In this document: positions 38,604 to 48,814 of the stretch, piece after piece | How the letters are laid out: every line of letters starts with the position of its first letter | Numbering within the stretch: the stretch's first letter is position 1 | Assembly: GCA_039818205.1 (NCBI GenBank) | Contig: JBCBUK010000001.1 | Coordinates: 256,001-320,000 of the forward strand | DNA from: Verrucomicrobiota bacterium | GTDB taxonomy: Bacteria > Verrucomicrobiota > Verrucomicrobiia > Opitutales > Cerasicoccaceae | DNA: 64,000 nt | Direction of reading: 5' to 3' | Position numbers and translations under genes: made by a program | The notes under the pieces: generated by a model | What the model was told of the DNA's origin: nothing | The model's database searches: none | The model's input: only the letters and a program-made list of their open reading frames with translations

Positions 38604-40169
38604 ATGATTGATCGACTTACCTCATTCCGCACCCTTGCTTGCACACTCCTTTTGGGAGTATTAGGAAGCGGAATCGCCCACGCGGACGTAACGCTCCCCA
38701 CCCTCTTCGGTGACAACATGGTGCTGCAACAGCAAACCAACAACAAGGTTTGGGGCACGGCTGATCCCGGCGAAGCCATCACCGTGACGTTTGCCGACCA
38801 GAAACATGAAGCGGTGGCCGACGAATCGGGCGACTGGTATGTTGAGCTAGATCCCGTAACTGGGAGCAATGACCCTCACGAACTTAAGATCAGCGGAAAC
38901 AACGAGCTCAAGTTCACCAATGTACTGGTTGGTGAAGTCTGGCTGTGCTCCGGTCAGTCCAACATGCAATGGAGTGTGGCGCACTCCAACGACCATGACC
39001 TGACTTTGCTTACCCAGCGCAGTCCGAACATTCGACTCATCCAAGTACCCCTGGTCGGAACGCAGGAGCCTCAATCGGATTTCAAGGGAGCCTGGCGAGC
39101 CGCGGACGACGAAAACCTTCGCTGGTTCAGCGCAGTCGGGTTCTACTTCGGCCAGACTTTGAACGATGTTCTGGATGTCCCAGTCGGGCTCATCATGTCG
39201 AGTTGGGGTGGCTCACCAGCGGAATCCTGGATGGCTCGCGAGGTTCTCGAGCAGAATGAAATCCACGACTACTTACTTCAGGAATGGGACCAGAAAGCGA
39301 AAGAGCCCTATGACGTGGAAGCAGCAGAACTACTCTTCCAAGAGGAACTGGCCGCGTGGAAAACCCAAGTCGAGGAAGCCGAAAAGAACAATCGTATTCC
39401 CCCTTCCCGACCCTGGAAAAAGCCCAATCCCCTCGAAGGCCAACACCGTCCGTCCAACTGCTACAACGGAATGATCAAACCACTTGTTGGCTATGGCATG
39501 CGGGGCTGTATCTGGTATCAAGGCGAGTCCAATACCTGGAAGGCGAACCACTACGACACGACGTTCGCCATGCTTATAGAATCCTGGCGGGACGAATGGG
39601 GTATCGGTGATTTCTCATTTTACTGGGTGAACCTGGCCGACTACGCGACTTCGGATTCCTGGAAGGGAAACCACAAGTGGCCCTATCTGCGCGAGGCACA
39701 AACAAAAACTCTGAGCCTTCCTAATACTGGAGAAGCCGTTACCATCGATTTAGGTGAAGCCAACGACATCCACCCGCGGGACAAGGAAGCCGTCGGCCGG
39801 AGACTTGCGCGCATTGCGTTGGCCCAGGACTACGGCTACAAAAAGCTCCCCTATCTCAACCCCAAGTATGAAAGCATGAGCGTCTCCGGAAATAAGATCA
39901 CCCTGAAGTTCGTCGACGTCGGCCAGGGCTTGAAGACCGTTGACAACGACCAGCCGCTTGGCTTCACGATTGCCGGAAAAGATAAAGAATTCATCCCGGC
40001 AAGTGCGAATATCGTAAACCGCGACACGATTGAGGTATGGAGCGACCGCGTTAGCAAGCCCGTTGCCGTCCGCTATGCCTGGGAAGACAATCCAACCTGC
40101 AATGTATACAGCTTGGAGCGCTTGCCCCTCACCCCGTTTCGGACGGATAATTGGGCCTGGCCCTTCTAA
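38604..40169 (+). CDS. Sialate O-acetylesterase (SASA) family carbohydrate esterase
   Basis: GEVWLCSGQSNM, WGGS, WYQGESN, LREAQ, DIHP, VRYAW. Confidence 0.9.
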   Translation: MIDRLTSFRTLACTLLLGVLGSGIAHADVTLPTLFGDNMVLQQQTNNKVWGTADPGEAITVTFADQKHEAVADESGDWYVELDPVTGSNDPHELKISGNNELKFTNVLVGEVWLCSGQSNMQWSVAHSNDHDLTLLTQRSPNIRLIQVPLVGTQEPQSDFKGAWRAADDENLRWFSAVGFYFGQTLNDVLDVPVGLIMSSWGGSPAESWMAREVLEQNEIHDYLLQEWDQKAKEPYDVEAAELLFQEELAAWKTQVEEAEKNNRIPPSRPWKKPNPLEGQHRPSNCYNGMIKPLVGYGMRGCIWYQGESNTWKANHYDTTFAMLIESWRDEWGIGDFSFYWVNLADYATSDSWKGNHKWPYLREAQTKTLSLPNTGEAVTIDLGEANDIHPRDKEAVGRRLARIALAQDYGYKKLPYLNPKYESMSVSGNKITLKFVDVGQGLKTVDNDQPLGFTIAGKDKEFIPASANIVNRDTIEVWSDRVSKPVAVRYAWEDNPTCNVYSLERLPLTPFRTDNWAWPF

Positions 40170-42484
40170 AGGGCGTCGGGCATCTCACCGAAGACCAGAC
40201 GAAAAAAGTGGTCGTTTCCGACCATCGGTAAACCAACGGTGACCGTTCCGTCACCATTGTCCTCGACCACGAAAGGTGCGGGCCAGGATCCATCGGGATT
40301 TGGCTCGTATTTTGTCGGCCAGCCGCCGTCATTTTTTAGCGTGGGAGATCCTTCGATCCAAACGGCTATATCTTCCGGCAGCTCAGTCGGTAACTGAAAC
40401 GAAATCGAGCGGTCGTGAACGGTCAACAGATGCTTACGCATGCCTTCGCCACCGACAATCGGGTTCGATCCGTAGGCATATAGAAAACCGTTTGGAAGAT
40501 CACCGGGATTCCGAATGGCGTCGAAGCCAGCGAGTTCATTCGCTTCGCCACCCGGTAAGTCGGCAAAATAGAGACTCGCCCAGGCCGCATAATGGTCAAT
40601 CGGTTCACGGTAGGTAACGGCCAAAGACGGCGCTGAATTTCCCTCGGCTGAAGCGAACCAAACATCGTTTCCACCGTTGTCCATTTGAGCGATCAACGAA
40701 AACGTTCCAGTGCCACGCTCACTAAGAAAATCCGTCAGATCCGCGGTGTAGACATTTCCCAAGCCAAAGGTGCCCGAGATGACCGCTACCTCGTCTCCCG
40801 CAAGCGGTTTGTTGCTGTTGGTCAGGGAATCCTCCGTCCAGTTGTCGTGAGAGCCCACAAAGAATCGAATCGTGCCATTGCCTTGGTCACCATCTACTCG
40901 CATCGATAAGCTGGCGTCAACGATCTGCCCTGAAATGCCGCCGACATTAAATTTCAGATAGCTGACTCGGTGCCCATCTTCGATTTTCAACAGCGAGTTG
41001 TTGTATGGGCTGTTGCCCTCCAGGTAAGCATCGTCAGTTGGGCTCACTGTGGCAGTTCCTTGTGGAAGCTGGGGCAAGGTATGAAGCAGGTAACGCTGCT
41101 CATCCTGATCTCCGTTCACATCGGTTACTCGAAGCGTGAATTCCGACGAGCCAATCGTCGAGGGTTGCCCAGAAAGCAGGCCACTGCTGAGGTTGACTCC
41201 GCTCGGCATCGAGCCAGCCACCAAAGACCATGTGATGGGCGGATCGCCAGATTCGACAGCAATGGTTTCGCGGTAGTCGGAACCGGCTTCGGCTAGCGGC
41301 AATTTGAAAGTCGTGATGACCGGGATCTGATTTTCTTTTACAACCACGCTAACCCGATCAGCATAACTGCGGCTGTTTTCGTCGGTGACTTGAAGTTCAA
41401 ACGTATAGGTTCCCACCACTAAATCTTCAGCAATTAGTTGGGCGGTTTCGTTGCCACTCAAGGTGGCATCGCCAGGCCCAGATATCTGAACCCACTGAAT
41501 GTCAGAAACGACACTCAGGTCGGAAATCTCCGCCTCAAGTGTCACCATATCATTCGGCAAAATAACCGATTGATCCTCACCGGCACTCACCGCAATTCCA
41601 TCAACGAGCTGCCAGGTTCGCACCCATTCATACTGCGTCGTCCGCTGCTCCCAAGTCCCACTGGCAACCAAGCCACCATCGACCGGGACTGGATTCCAGT
41701 CGTAGGTCTCAATTGCCATTTGTATGAAAGCGGGCACATCCCACTCGACACTTGGGTAGATTGTATAGACATGAACCCCATCGAGGAAAAACATCACCTC
41801 CCCCGTCGATTTCCACCAAGCGCCGTAGACGTAAAACCGCTCGTGATTTTTCGTCGGAGTTTTCATCGACCCCTGGCGCTGAACTGGCTCCGGGTTGCAA
41901 CTGGTGCTGCGGTGGATCATGTTGGAGTGGTAAATTTCATCCCAGGTTTTCGCCCAGCTGAAGGTCAAATCTGACGTACGGCCAACGCACTCCTGAATGT
42001 CTAACTCGAGCTTCTTCTCGCAGTTATATTTTGTCATGAGCCAGAACGTTGAGGACATCGCCGTAGCATTTGCCTTCATTTTACACTCAAAATACATCCC
42101 CACGTTCCCAGGATTGTGCGATCGAACGATCGCTCCCTGGTAGGTGAAAAAGTTGCCATTGATCCATCGCGGATTGTCTAACTCGCTGACCGTTACCCGC
42201 AGGCGCCCATCGGCCTCCGTCACGTTCTCCGGGAGGAATAATCCGGGTGGACGCCCGATCCAGTTCCACCCGTTGCCAACGGGTTCGAGTTGCCATTTCG
42301 CGGTATCGATTGAGCCGTCGTCAAAGTCGTCCGACAAATTGTCGACCGGAGTCCAAAACTGTTCGCTGGGTCGCGGATCCTCACCATCGACGAAGTAAGG
42401 TTGCGCCTGAGCAAATGCTATAGCGAGATGTATGCAAACAGAGCTGATGAACAGCCGTTGAAGGGAACGAATGGAAATTGTCAT
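40166..42484 (-). CDS. Secreted multi-domain GH16 hydrolase (beta-porphyranase/agarase-like) with PKD/Ig, DNRLRE-like and C-terminal modules
   Basis: SSTFWL...ELDIQE catalytic ExDxxE, YEWVRTW; then AGEDQ...WVQISGP (PKD-like), a putative Ig repeat and DDAY...SYLKF (DNRLRE-like). Probable start 42484. Confidence 0.82.
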   Translation of the reverse strand: MTISIRSLQRLFISSVCIHLAIAFAQAQPYFVDGEDPRPSEQFWTPVDNLSDDFDDGSIDTAKWQLEPVGNGWNWIGRPPGLFLPENVTEADGRLRVTVSELDNPRWINGNFFTYQGAIVRSHNPGNVGMYFECKMKANATAMSSTFWLMTKYNCEKKLELDIQECVGRTSDLTFSWAKTWDEIYHSNMIHRSTSCNPEPVQRQGSMKTPTKNHERFYVYGAWWKSTGEVMFFLDGVHVYTIYPSVEWDVPAFIQMAIETYDWNPVPVDGGLVASGTWEQRTTQYEWVRTWQLVDGIAVSAGEDQSVILPNDMVTLEAEISDLSVVSDIQWVQISGPGDATLSGNETAQLIAEDLVVGTYTFELQVTDENSRSYADRVSVVVKENQIPVITTFKLPLAEAGSDYRETIAVESGDPPITWSLVAGSMPSGVNLSSGLLSGQPSTIGSSEFTLRVTDVNGDQDEQRYLLHTLPQLPQGTATVSPTDDAYLEGNSPYNNSLLKIEDGHRVSYLKFNVGGISGQIVDASLSMRVDGDQGNGTIRFFVGSHDNWTEDSLTNSNKPLAGDEVAVISGTFGLGNVYTADLTDFLSERGTGTFSLIAQMDNGGNDVWFASAEGNSAPSLAVTYREPIDHYAAWASLYFADLPGGEANELAGFDAIRNPGDLPNGFLYAYGSNPIVGGEGMRKHLLTVHDRSISFQLPTELPEDIAVWIEGSPTLKNDGGWPTKYEPNPDGSWPAPFVVEDNGDGTVTVGLPMVGNDHFFRLVFGEMPDAL

Positions 42485-42789
42485 TTTGAGGGGAAACTCG
42501 AGCGGACATTCGAATGCATCGAACGAGAAATACTTAATCGTATTATAACTATATCCCCGACCAAACCGCACATTAGGCGCGAAGAAATGATTCGGAATTC
42601 CGGCCCCCAGCACCAAAAGCCAGCATACATCTAGCAATCAATCACTTAAGAAATCAATACCTGGGAAAACTATATCAATTCCCACTAAATACCCAACTCA
42701 GAAATGGAGGTCAATTACCCAAAACGACAATGGCTCGACCGATACATTTCAAAGGTCCCTCAGCAAGTCTTGGCGCGACCGAAGTATTC

Positions 42790-44175
42790 TTACGGCAGTA
42801 AAATATCATTAACCTGCAGGTCTTGGCTAACGCGCGAGAGCAAGGCGGTTTTGTCCCGATCAGTCACAAAGCTGGAGCTCATGAGAGCTTGCTGTGCCGA
42901 CGGATAATCCCAGCTACTCCAATCCTGCATAACCCGCTCTATCATCCTCACCCGCAGATCAAGATTTTGAATCGACTCAGAAAGCTCAAATGCCTGTTTA
43001 GCGTCCCGGCCGATATAGTTCGGAAGGGAATATTGAATCGCGACATCGCGCATTTCTCCCGCCGACAGCGTCGACATCCAGACATCAAGTTTTCCAGGAT
43101 CGGTCACTCCGATGACAACCGCCAGTTTCTCCGTTGCCAGCAGTTGCTCGTTATAAGAAAGATCGTTTACTTGGCCCATCAGCAGATCTGGGTGGTTGTT
43201 CGCAAGGCTGGTAAACACTGCGCTAGCCGTATCGCGGCCAACTCGGTCTGACTCCTCTCGGGTCGCCAGGAAATCGAGCGTCCGCTGTGGAGAGCTGCCA
43301 TCCGACCAGGCGACCAAAATACTCGCTAAAGCGCCCTGCCCGGCTTCGTGATCGAGCGAAGATGCCCATTCCAATGCTTTGTCGGGCGAGGTATTGGCCA
43401 GTGCCCGCGCAGCAAGCGATGCGAATTCAGTTTTCATCGGGCACGCAGTCATATCGGCAATCAGGTCCGACGCCAACTGCGGCGTCTCCTGAATGTAGCG
43501 ATTCATCGCGCCACGGTAAAATTCCTGCAACCCAGAACCAAGATCTGCGCTTTCTAGCCAGTCGAAAACCTGAGCAACATCCTGCTTAGCCCATTCATCA
43601 ATGACGACATGCATTACACTGTCCCGATCAATTCCCGGCGGTAAGGTTTCAGCAAGCTCCATTGCCGCGATTGGACTAGACTGGGCCATTCCTTGGTAAA
43701 CCGACATGATCAGGTATCCCTTGAGCGAAGGGTCCACGATATTGTTTTCCAGCCAGTCAAAGGCCTCTGAGCTCCGCTCAGCTCCCATCTCTTTCAAGGC
43801 AACCTGCATTAGATCATTGCGTCCCAGTCCCATAGAAAACTGTAGTGCCGCCAGTGGATCGGTCTTACTCCACTCACTAATGAGCACCCGCAGCAAGGCC
43901 TCACTCTCCAGGGCATTTGAAGACTGACTCGCTTCGCGCGCCAAGGCCGCCAGATCATTTGACCCAAGATCCTCGAAGAGCCGATCGATATCTGTCGTTC
44001 CAGAAACTAAGGTTTCGGTATTGCTGGAAATCGGCGCCTGAGCGGACTGTTCCGGTGAAACAATCGGGGCCGACGGTTCAACGTTTTCAGTAGACGGGGT
44101 GGGTTTGGCAATCCACCCAAGGAGGACACCAAAAGCCAATGCAACGACGAGTGAGAGTAAGGGCGCTTTTTTCAT
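42790..44175 (-). CDS. Membrane-anchored helical-repeat protein (Verrucomicrobia-type W-x-x-x-D-P repeats)
   Basis: N-terminal TM anchor and recurring WSKTDPLAA / WAKQDV / SPDKALEWA / WSSWDYPSA units. Probable start 44175. Confidence 0.65.
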   Translation of the reverse strand: MKKAPLLSLVVALAFGVLLGWIAKPTPSTENVEPSAPIVSPEQSAQAPISSNTETLVSGTTDIDRLFEDLGSNDLAALAREASQSSNALESEALLRVLISEWSKTDPLAALQFSMGLGRNDLMQVALKEMGAERSSEAFDWLENNIVDPSLKGYLIMSVYQGMAQSSPIAAMELAETLPPGIDRDSVMHVVIDEWAKQDVAQVFDWLESADLGSGLQEFYRGAMNRYIQETPQLASDLIADMTACPMKTEFASLAARALANTSPDKALEWASSLDHEAGQGALASILVAWSDGSSPQRTLDFLATREESDRVGRDTASAVFTSLANNHPDLLMGQVNDLSYNEQLLATEKLAVVIGVTDPGKLDVWMSTLSAGEMRDVAIQYSLPNYIGRDAKQAFELSESIQNLDLRVRMIERVMQDWSSWDYPSAQQALMSSSFVTDRDKTALLSRVSQDLQVNDILLP

Positions 44176-44478
44176 CGGGGGTAGGTTACACGATCGAAAT
44201 CGAACCTCAACCAGGGAAGATACGTTCAATTATCCTAGCTACAAATAGCGATCGGGATTGCGATTGGGGGCGTTGTTCGAGCTAACGAGAGCGCCTATCA
44301 AACACATAAATTCGCGAGAAACGCAAGCGTCGGATCTCTACTCGCTGAGCCGACAAGGCATAGATTTTAAGAGGTCTGAGCCCGGTGCGCGAAGACAGAG
44401 CAAACAAACCATAGATTTTTCCAACGAATATATTGACACCCACTTGGAAAAAGCTTTGTTTTTCCGCTTCCCTTTAAT

Positions 44479-44556
44479 GGTGGCTATAGCTCAGTTGGTT
44501 AGAGCATCGGTTTGTGGTATCGAGGGTCGCCGGTTCGAGTCCGGTTAGCCACCCCA
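44479..44556 (+). tRNA. tRNA-His (GTG)
   Basis: G-1 plus acceptor stem GTGGCTA/TAGCCAC, C73, encoded CCA; D-arm AGCTCAGTTGGTTAGAGC, anticodon loop TTGTGGT, T-loop GTTCGAG. Confidence 0.97.
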
Positions 44557-44601
44557 TTTAGGATTCATCACGGAACTGCGTCCATTTAACGCAACAGTCC
44601 G

Positions 44602-44630
44602 ACCCGAGATTTGATCGTCTCGGGTTTTTT
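44602..44630 (+). terminator. Rho-independent terminator after tRNA-His
   Basis: ACCCGAGA...TCTCGGGT stem followed by a T-tract. Confidence 0.75.
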
Positions 44631-45061
44631 CGTAAGTCGCTGTCAGCAAAGACTTACGAAACTGCTCATTCATTGTGAACATGCGCGACCAACCAATAGC
44701 AAGCGTGCCAACTTGCTTGAGAAATAAAAATAAAGCGCGATAAGGAGCTTTTCGGTTATGAATCCCATTTCTTTGATGAATGCTGTTCTGGACTTCGGAA
44801 CTCGTGAGCAGGAACCTTTGGTTCCAACGGCATCACGCCTTCCATCTGAAACCACTGCCAGCATTGATGTTCATGGGCAAGTTCACCTACATCCGACAAA
44901 ACACCCCAGTGACTATCCCTCCACGTGCCACGTTTTCGGTTAACCATAAATTCGGTAGAGATGCGACTCCACATGCTATGTTCCTGATGACAATGAAGCA
45001 GGGAAGTAGCTGAGCAACTGTTCTTTTATCTGATTATCTGTTCTTTAAAAATTCTGAGAAA

Positions 45062-46954
45062 TTATTCCGGAGACTGTCTTGATTGGGAAGGGGTTGCTAA
45101 TACGACCTGAAGGCGGACAAAGCGTCTATCTGTGTCGATGCCCAATAAGGGTATTCCGTAGGTTACGGTTTCCCAGCCAGCATCAATTGGAGTCACGCTT
45201 GGTGCTGAGGTGAAATCAGTCCAGCCGTCTATGGCCAAAGTTGTGCTATATTGTGGAGTGTAAGCTACTAATCCATCTCGTCGCCGGAGAAAAGAATAGC
45301 GGATAGTGGGAATATCTGCAACTAGGATTACTTCGGTGGTGGCAAGATCATCGGGGGAGCTAGAGGCCAATGGATTTAAGTTAGAACTGAACTTCAATAA
45401 ATTGTCGATACCGTCGAAAGCTGGATTCCCGTCGACAGTTGCGTCTTCACCGGTCAGGCCAAAAGAGTCAACCCAAGCTTGGAAGGCCACCTCCGCCGGG
45501 GTCGGCGGAGGAACGATCGTGATCGTGATAGTTGCGTCTGTGTTATTGATCGGTTCTTGTGAGATGCGACGTAAGCCGAAGGTAAAGGAGTCACTGCCGA
45601 CGAAGTCGGGATCGGTTGGCGTATAGCGGAATGCCATGGATTCCGTATCGGAATTGGGATCAATTGGGATGGGAATAGTTGCTCCCGGCGCTTGGTATGA
45701 TCCAGTAAAGCAGGTGCCCGAAAACCACGCTATGCAATGTTCGAGCAAGCCTTCGGAGGTCGAATCTCCGAAGTCCATTAATCCCGTGATCGGCGGCATT
45801 CCAGTGACGACGAATTCGTAGGCAGGGGTCGCCGATGTAGTGTCTTGCACGAAAGTGAAATTGAGTTCGACTCCATCGGTTGACACCGATTCAAACGTAG
45901 GTTCTACTGAAACCAAGATCTTGGCGATATTGGATTCTGCGCCAGCGCTATCTGAGACGATGTATTCAACTTCGAACCGGGAGAGGTTCTGACCATCGCC
46001 GTAGTCGAGATCTGGGCCCACATAGGTGAAATGCAGCGAGAGTCCGCTGAAGGTTTCGCCTTCGGCAACCAAATCTCCCGGCGTGTCAAAGGGGTCATCG
46101 ATCTCGCGGACCTCAAGTTCAGCAGGTATGGAAACCAAACGGCCAGTGCTGATAGTTTCTCTATCAACATCTGAGACGTTTAGGGTGGAGACTCCCGGAA
46201 GTATGGCATTCGCTTCGTCGAGTGTAGCAGAAGAGGTGTTAGCGACGGGCGGATCGTTTACAGGAACTACTGGGATAATGAGGAACGCATCCACGCTCAA
46301 GTGGTCGCCAACTACGGTGGCGCCTTCCTCTGAAACGGCAGCGTAGGAAAAAATGACGTCCCCAGTGAAATTCTCGTTGATCAGGTCAATCTGAATCATG
46401 TCGTCCTCCAGGTCGAAAAAAGTGTCACGAGGCACCAGAGAACCATCGGTCTCAAGCATATTGAAATTGGTCGAAGTATAAGCCACCCGATAACCAACGA
46501 TTTCGTCATCAGGATCGGGGTCAAAGGCGGTAAACTGAATCATGTTACCGGTGCTGTCCTCAAAAATCTCCTCGGGAGTGAGGATGGCCGCCGTCACAAT
46601 TGGGCGGTCGGGCGTATTGGCCACACTGATGGTTACCGTGGCAGAGGCGGACGCGCCGTCGGGGTCCTCAATGGTGTAGTCAAAACTGTCCGAGCCGGCA
46701 AAGTTCAGGTCGGGCGTGTAGGTGACGGTGTTGTCAGCCTGGATCACGGTGGTTCCGGATGTTGGGTTGGTCACGCTAACGACCGTGAGCGCGCGGCCCG
46801 AGGATTCGCTGTCAGCGCCACCACCATTGTCCTCAAGGACGGCAATGTTAATCGGCGCATCTTCGGTCGCGTTGATGGAATCATTAACTGGAGTAGGCGT
46901 TGCCTGAAGGTTACACAATGTGATTGCTGTAGGTATAAATGCCCATTTTCTCAT
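45062..46954 (-). CDS. Secreted acidic Ig-like/cadherin-like (Big_9) repeat surface protein
   Basis: Signal peptide, TYTPDLNFAGSDSFDYTI and YTPTDPDFVGSDSFTF repeats, VNDPP, and a C-terminal W...DG..NL..F....NP...YSTTL..W...FVRL module. Confidence 0.8.
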   Translation of the reverse strand: MRKWAFIPTAITLCNLQATPTPVNDSINATEDAPINIAVLEDNGGGADSESSGRALTVVSVTNPTSGTTVIQADNTVTYTPDLNFAGSDSFDYTIEDPDGASASATVTISVANTPDRPIVTAAILTPEEIFEDSTGNMIQFTAFDPDPDDEIVGYRVAYTSTNFNMLETDGSLVPRDTFFDLEDDMIQIDLINENFTGDVIFSYAAVSEEGATVVGDHLSVDAFLIIPVVPVNDPPVANTSSATLDEANAILPGVSTLNVSDVDRETISTGRLVSIPAELEVREIDDPFDTPGDLVAEGETFSGLSLHFTYVGPDLDYGDGQNLSRFEVEYIVSDSAGAESNIAKILVSVEPTFESVSTDGVELNFTFVQDTTSATPAYEFVVTGMPPITGLMDFGDSTSEGLLEHCIAWFSGTCFTGSYQAPGATIPIPIDPNSDTESMAFRYTPTDPDFVGSDSFTFGLRRISQEPINNTDATITITIVPPPTPAEVAFQAWVDSFGLTGEDATVDGNPAFDGIDNLLKFSSNLNPLASSSPDDLATTEVILVADIPTIRYSFLRRRDGLVAYTPQYSTTLAIDGWTDFTSAPSVTPIDAGWETVTYGIPLLGIDTDRRFVRLQVVLATPSQSRQSPE

Positions 46955-47194
46955 GGCTAGGAATGATTTGATATGTGTTCGCAGGTGAGAAGATGTTGTT
47001 TAGACGAATAACTTCCAGATTTATTCACGGCGGAATTAATTTTTTAAGATTGGGCAGTCAATATCGCATCAGCACACAAGCTTCTCGAGAATTGATCGAG
47101 CCCACTGACATACTAAACCAAAGAGCCAACCATAAGCACTCCCTTTAAGTCAGTGTGGAGGATCGTGGTTATTAGAAGTTACCGTCTTCTTGTT

Positions 47195-48046
47195 TCACTC
47201 AATTTGGCTTATCGCTCTGGGGGTTTTTCCGAAGCGACGTGAGAATGCACGGATAAAACTCGAGACATCTTGATAGCCGCAGGCCTCGCAGATTTCTTGA
47301 GTCATCAAGTCGCCCCTCTTCGCTAAACCATAGGCGTGGTCTAATCGCTTACGATGAAGCCATTCCCCCGGGGACGTATTGAAGGTATCTCTGAAATAGC
47401 GTTTGTATGACGCCAAGCTCATTCCGCACAGCTGGGCAAGCTCGGAGACTCGAAGTGGGCTAAGGTAGTGCGCGTGCAAGACTGACGTAATTCGATGTTC
47501 TATCGAAACGCCCCAGTCAGCCATATCATAGTAGAACATGCTCCGAACGACAGGGTCTGCCATAGCGAGAAAAACAAATTCTCGGAGTCGGAATTCTTTC
47601 TCTGTTTCGGATTCGAACGTGTTGATTGAAGAAGGCATTCTACAAAGCTGCCGCCAATGGGCCTGACTAATATTCACCGCGACGGTCGATCTTGGCGGAT
47701 CAATACCTGCTTCTGAGGGCATCCCGATCACTTGCTTCAGAAAGTCGCGTTCAAAGCTGATGACGAAACTCCTGTAGCAGTCTTCCCCTGCACGAAACTC
47801 AGACATCATATGTGCCCCTGATCGGAAAGCGATCAGGCTTCCTGCCTTAGCCATATGCAATTGAGCTCTATCTGGCGAAGAGAACTTTTTAATCCCGGAG
47901 CATACTAAAACGATCGTAGGTCGAACCACTAGTACCCGCTGTGCAGCTAAGTCCTCATGGCTCTCGTAAGCGACAATAGTTCCTTGTGGCAGCACCACAC
48001 TCGTGTGCGGAAAGTGTGCAACTAAGTCATCGGGGACAGTAAGCAT
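47195..48046 (-). CDS. AraC-family transcriptional regulator
   Basis: ELAQLCGMSLASYKRYF...SPGEWL...RL and CGYQDVSSFIRAFSRRFGKTP double HTH. Confidence 0.92.
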   Translation of the reverse strand: MLTVPDDLVAHFPHTSVVLPQGTIVAYESHEDLAAQRVLVVRPTIVLVCSGIKKFSSPDRAQLHMAKAGSLIAFRSGAHMMSEFRAGEDCYRSFVISFERDFLKQVIGMPSEAGIDPPRSTVAVNISQAHWRQLCRMPSSINTFESETEKEFRLREFVFLAMADPVVRSMFYYDMADWGVSIEHRITSVLHAHYLSPLRVSELAQLCGMSLASYKRYFRDTFNTSPGEWLHRKRLDHAYGLAKRGDLMTQEICEACGYQDVSSFIRAFSRRFGKTPRAISQIE

Positions 48047-48056
48047 CCTGAAGTAG

Positions 48057-48689
48057 TCACTCGATAACAGGCACGTCCGGATTCATCGAGTATCTTCCAG
48101 AGTAAGACGCGGCGTCCAATACATGACCTTCCATCGCGGCAAGCGCTTCCGCGCCCGTGAACGACTCGGACAACTCAAGTGTTTGGACATCGAGCGCGTA
48201 GAGAGTAAAGATATAATTATGTATAATGCTATCATTCCAAGGTGGGCACGGGCCGTCGTATCCGCCATAAACGCCACCCATTTCTGGATCTCCCGCGAAC
48301 CAACCAGTATAGTCATTTCGTCCAGTTACACCAAATTTTGTCGGCCCAACTGGCTTTCCGCGAGCAACTAGACTCTCTGAGCCTGCTCCGTGAGGCAGCC
48401 CGTTCAACGTCGCCGGAATATCGATCAGGACCCAATGATAGAAATCACACCGAGGCAGATCCGCGGGCACCATGCGATCGCTCTTGTTGACGTCATCTGG
48501 CTTTGAGGGGACATCGGGATCATGCAGGATTAGAGCAAGTGATTGTGTGCCCTCAGGCAGCTCCGACCAACTCAGTGAGGGGCTAAGATTTTCGCTAGGC
48601 GCGAATGGAACCTCAACACCAGGTTTTCCAAAAGCAAATTGTGCGGGGATCGCCCCAGTATTTTTCCAGCCATCAACTTTTAAATTCAT
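48057..48689 (-). CDS. YbhB/YbcL family PEBP (Raf kinase inhibitor-like) protein
   Basis: SPSLSW, HDPDVP, FYHWVLIDIP, YDGPCPP, HNYIFTLYALD. Confidence 0.92.
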   Translation of the reverse strand: MNLKVDGWKNTGAIPAQFAFGKPGVEVPFAPSENLSPSLSWSELPEGTQSLALILHDPDVPSKPDDVNKSDRMVPADLPRCDFYHWVLIDIPATLNGLPHGAGSESLVARGKPVGPTKFGVTGRNDYTGWFAGDPEMGGVYGGYDGPCPPWNDSIIHNYIFTLYALDVQTLELSESFTGAEALAAMEGHVLDAASYSGRYSMNPDVPVIE

Positions 48690-48788
48690 AATTTCTGTTC
48701 CTCAAATTCTTAGACTAAGTGAGACCGAGCTGTTGAGCCCGTGATGAAGAGTCTACGGAAAAGCATAGATTTTGTCTATTGCTAGACA

Positions 48789-48814
48789 GCTCAAAAAGTA
48801 TGCCATTTGGCTCA
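48789..48814 (-). promoter_or_regulatory. Candidate AraC-type direct-repeat site upstream of ybhB-araC
   Basis: On the minus strand TGAGC-N16-TGAGC (21-bp period) about 100 bp upstream of the start. Confidence 0.4.

Noticed and set aside
44697..44712. TTGGCACGCTTGC on the minus strand, resembling a sigma-54 site
   Set aside because: The GG-to-GC spacing is 7, not the required 10.
44557..45061. Integrase or prophage at tRNA-His
   Set aside because: No recombinase motifs or phage genes are recognisable within the window.
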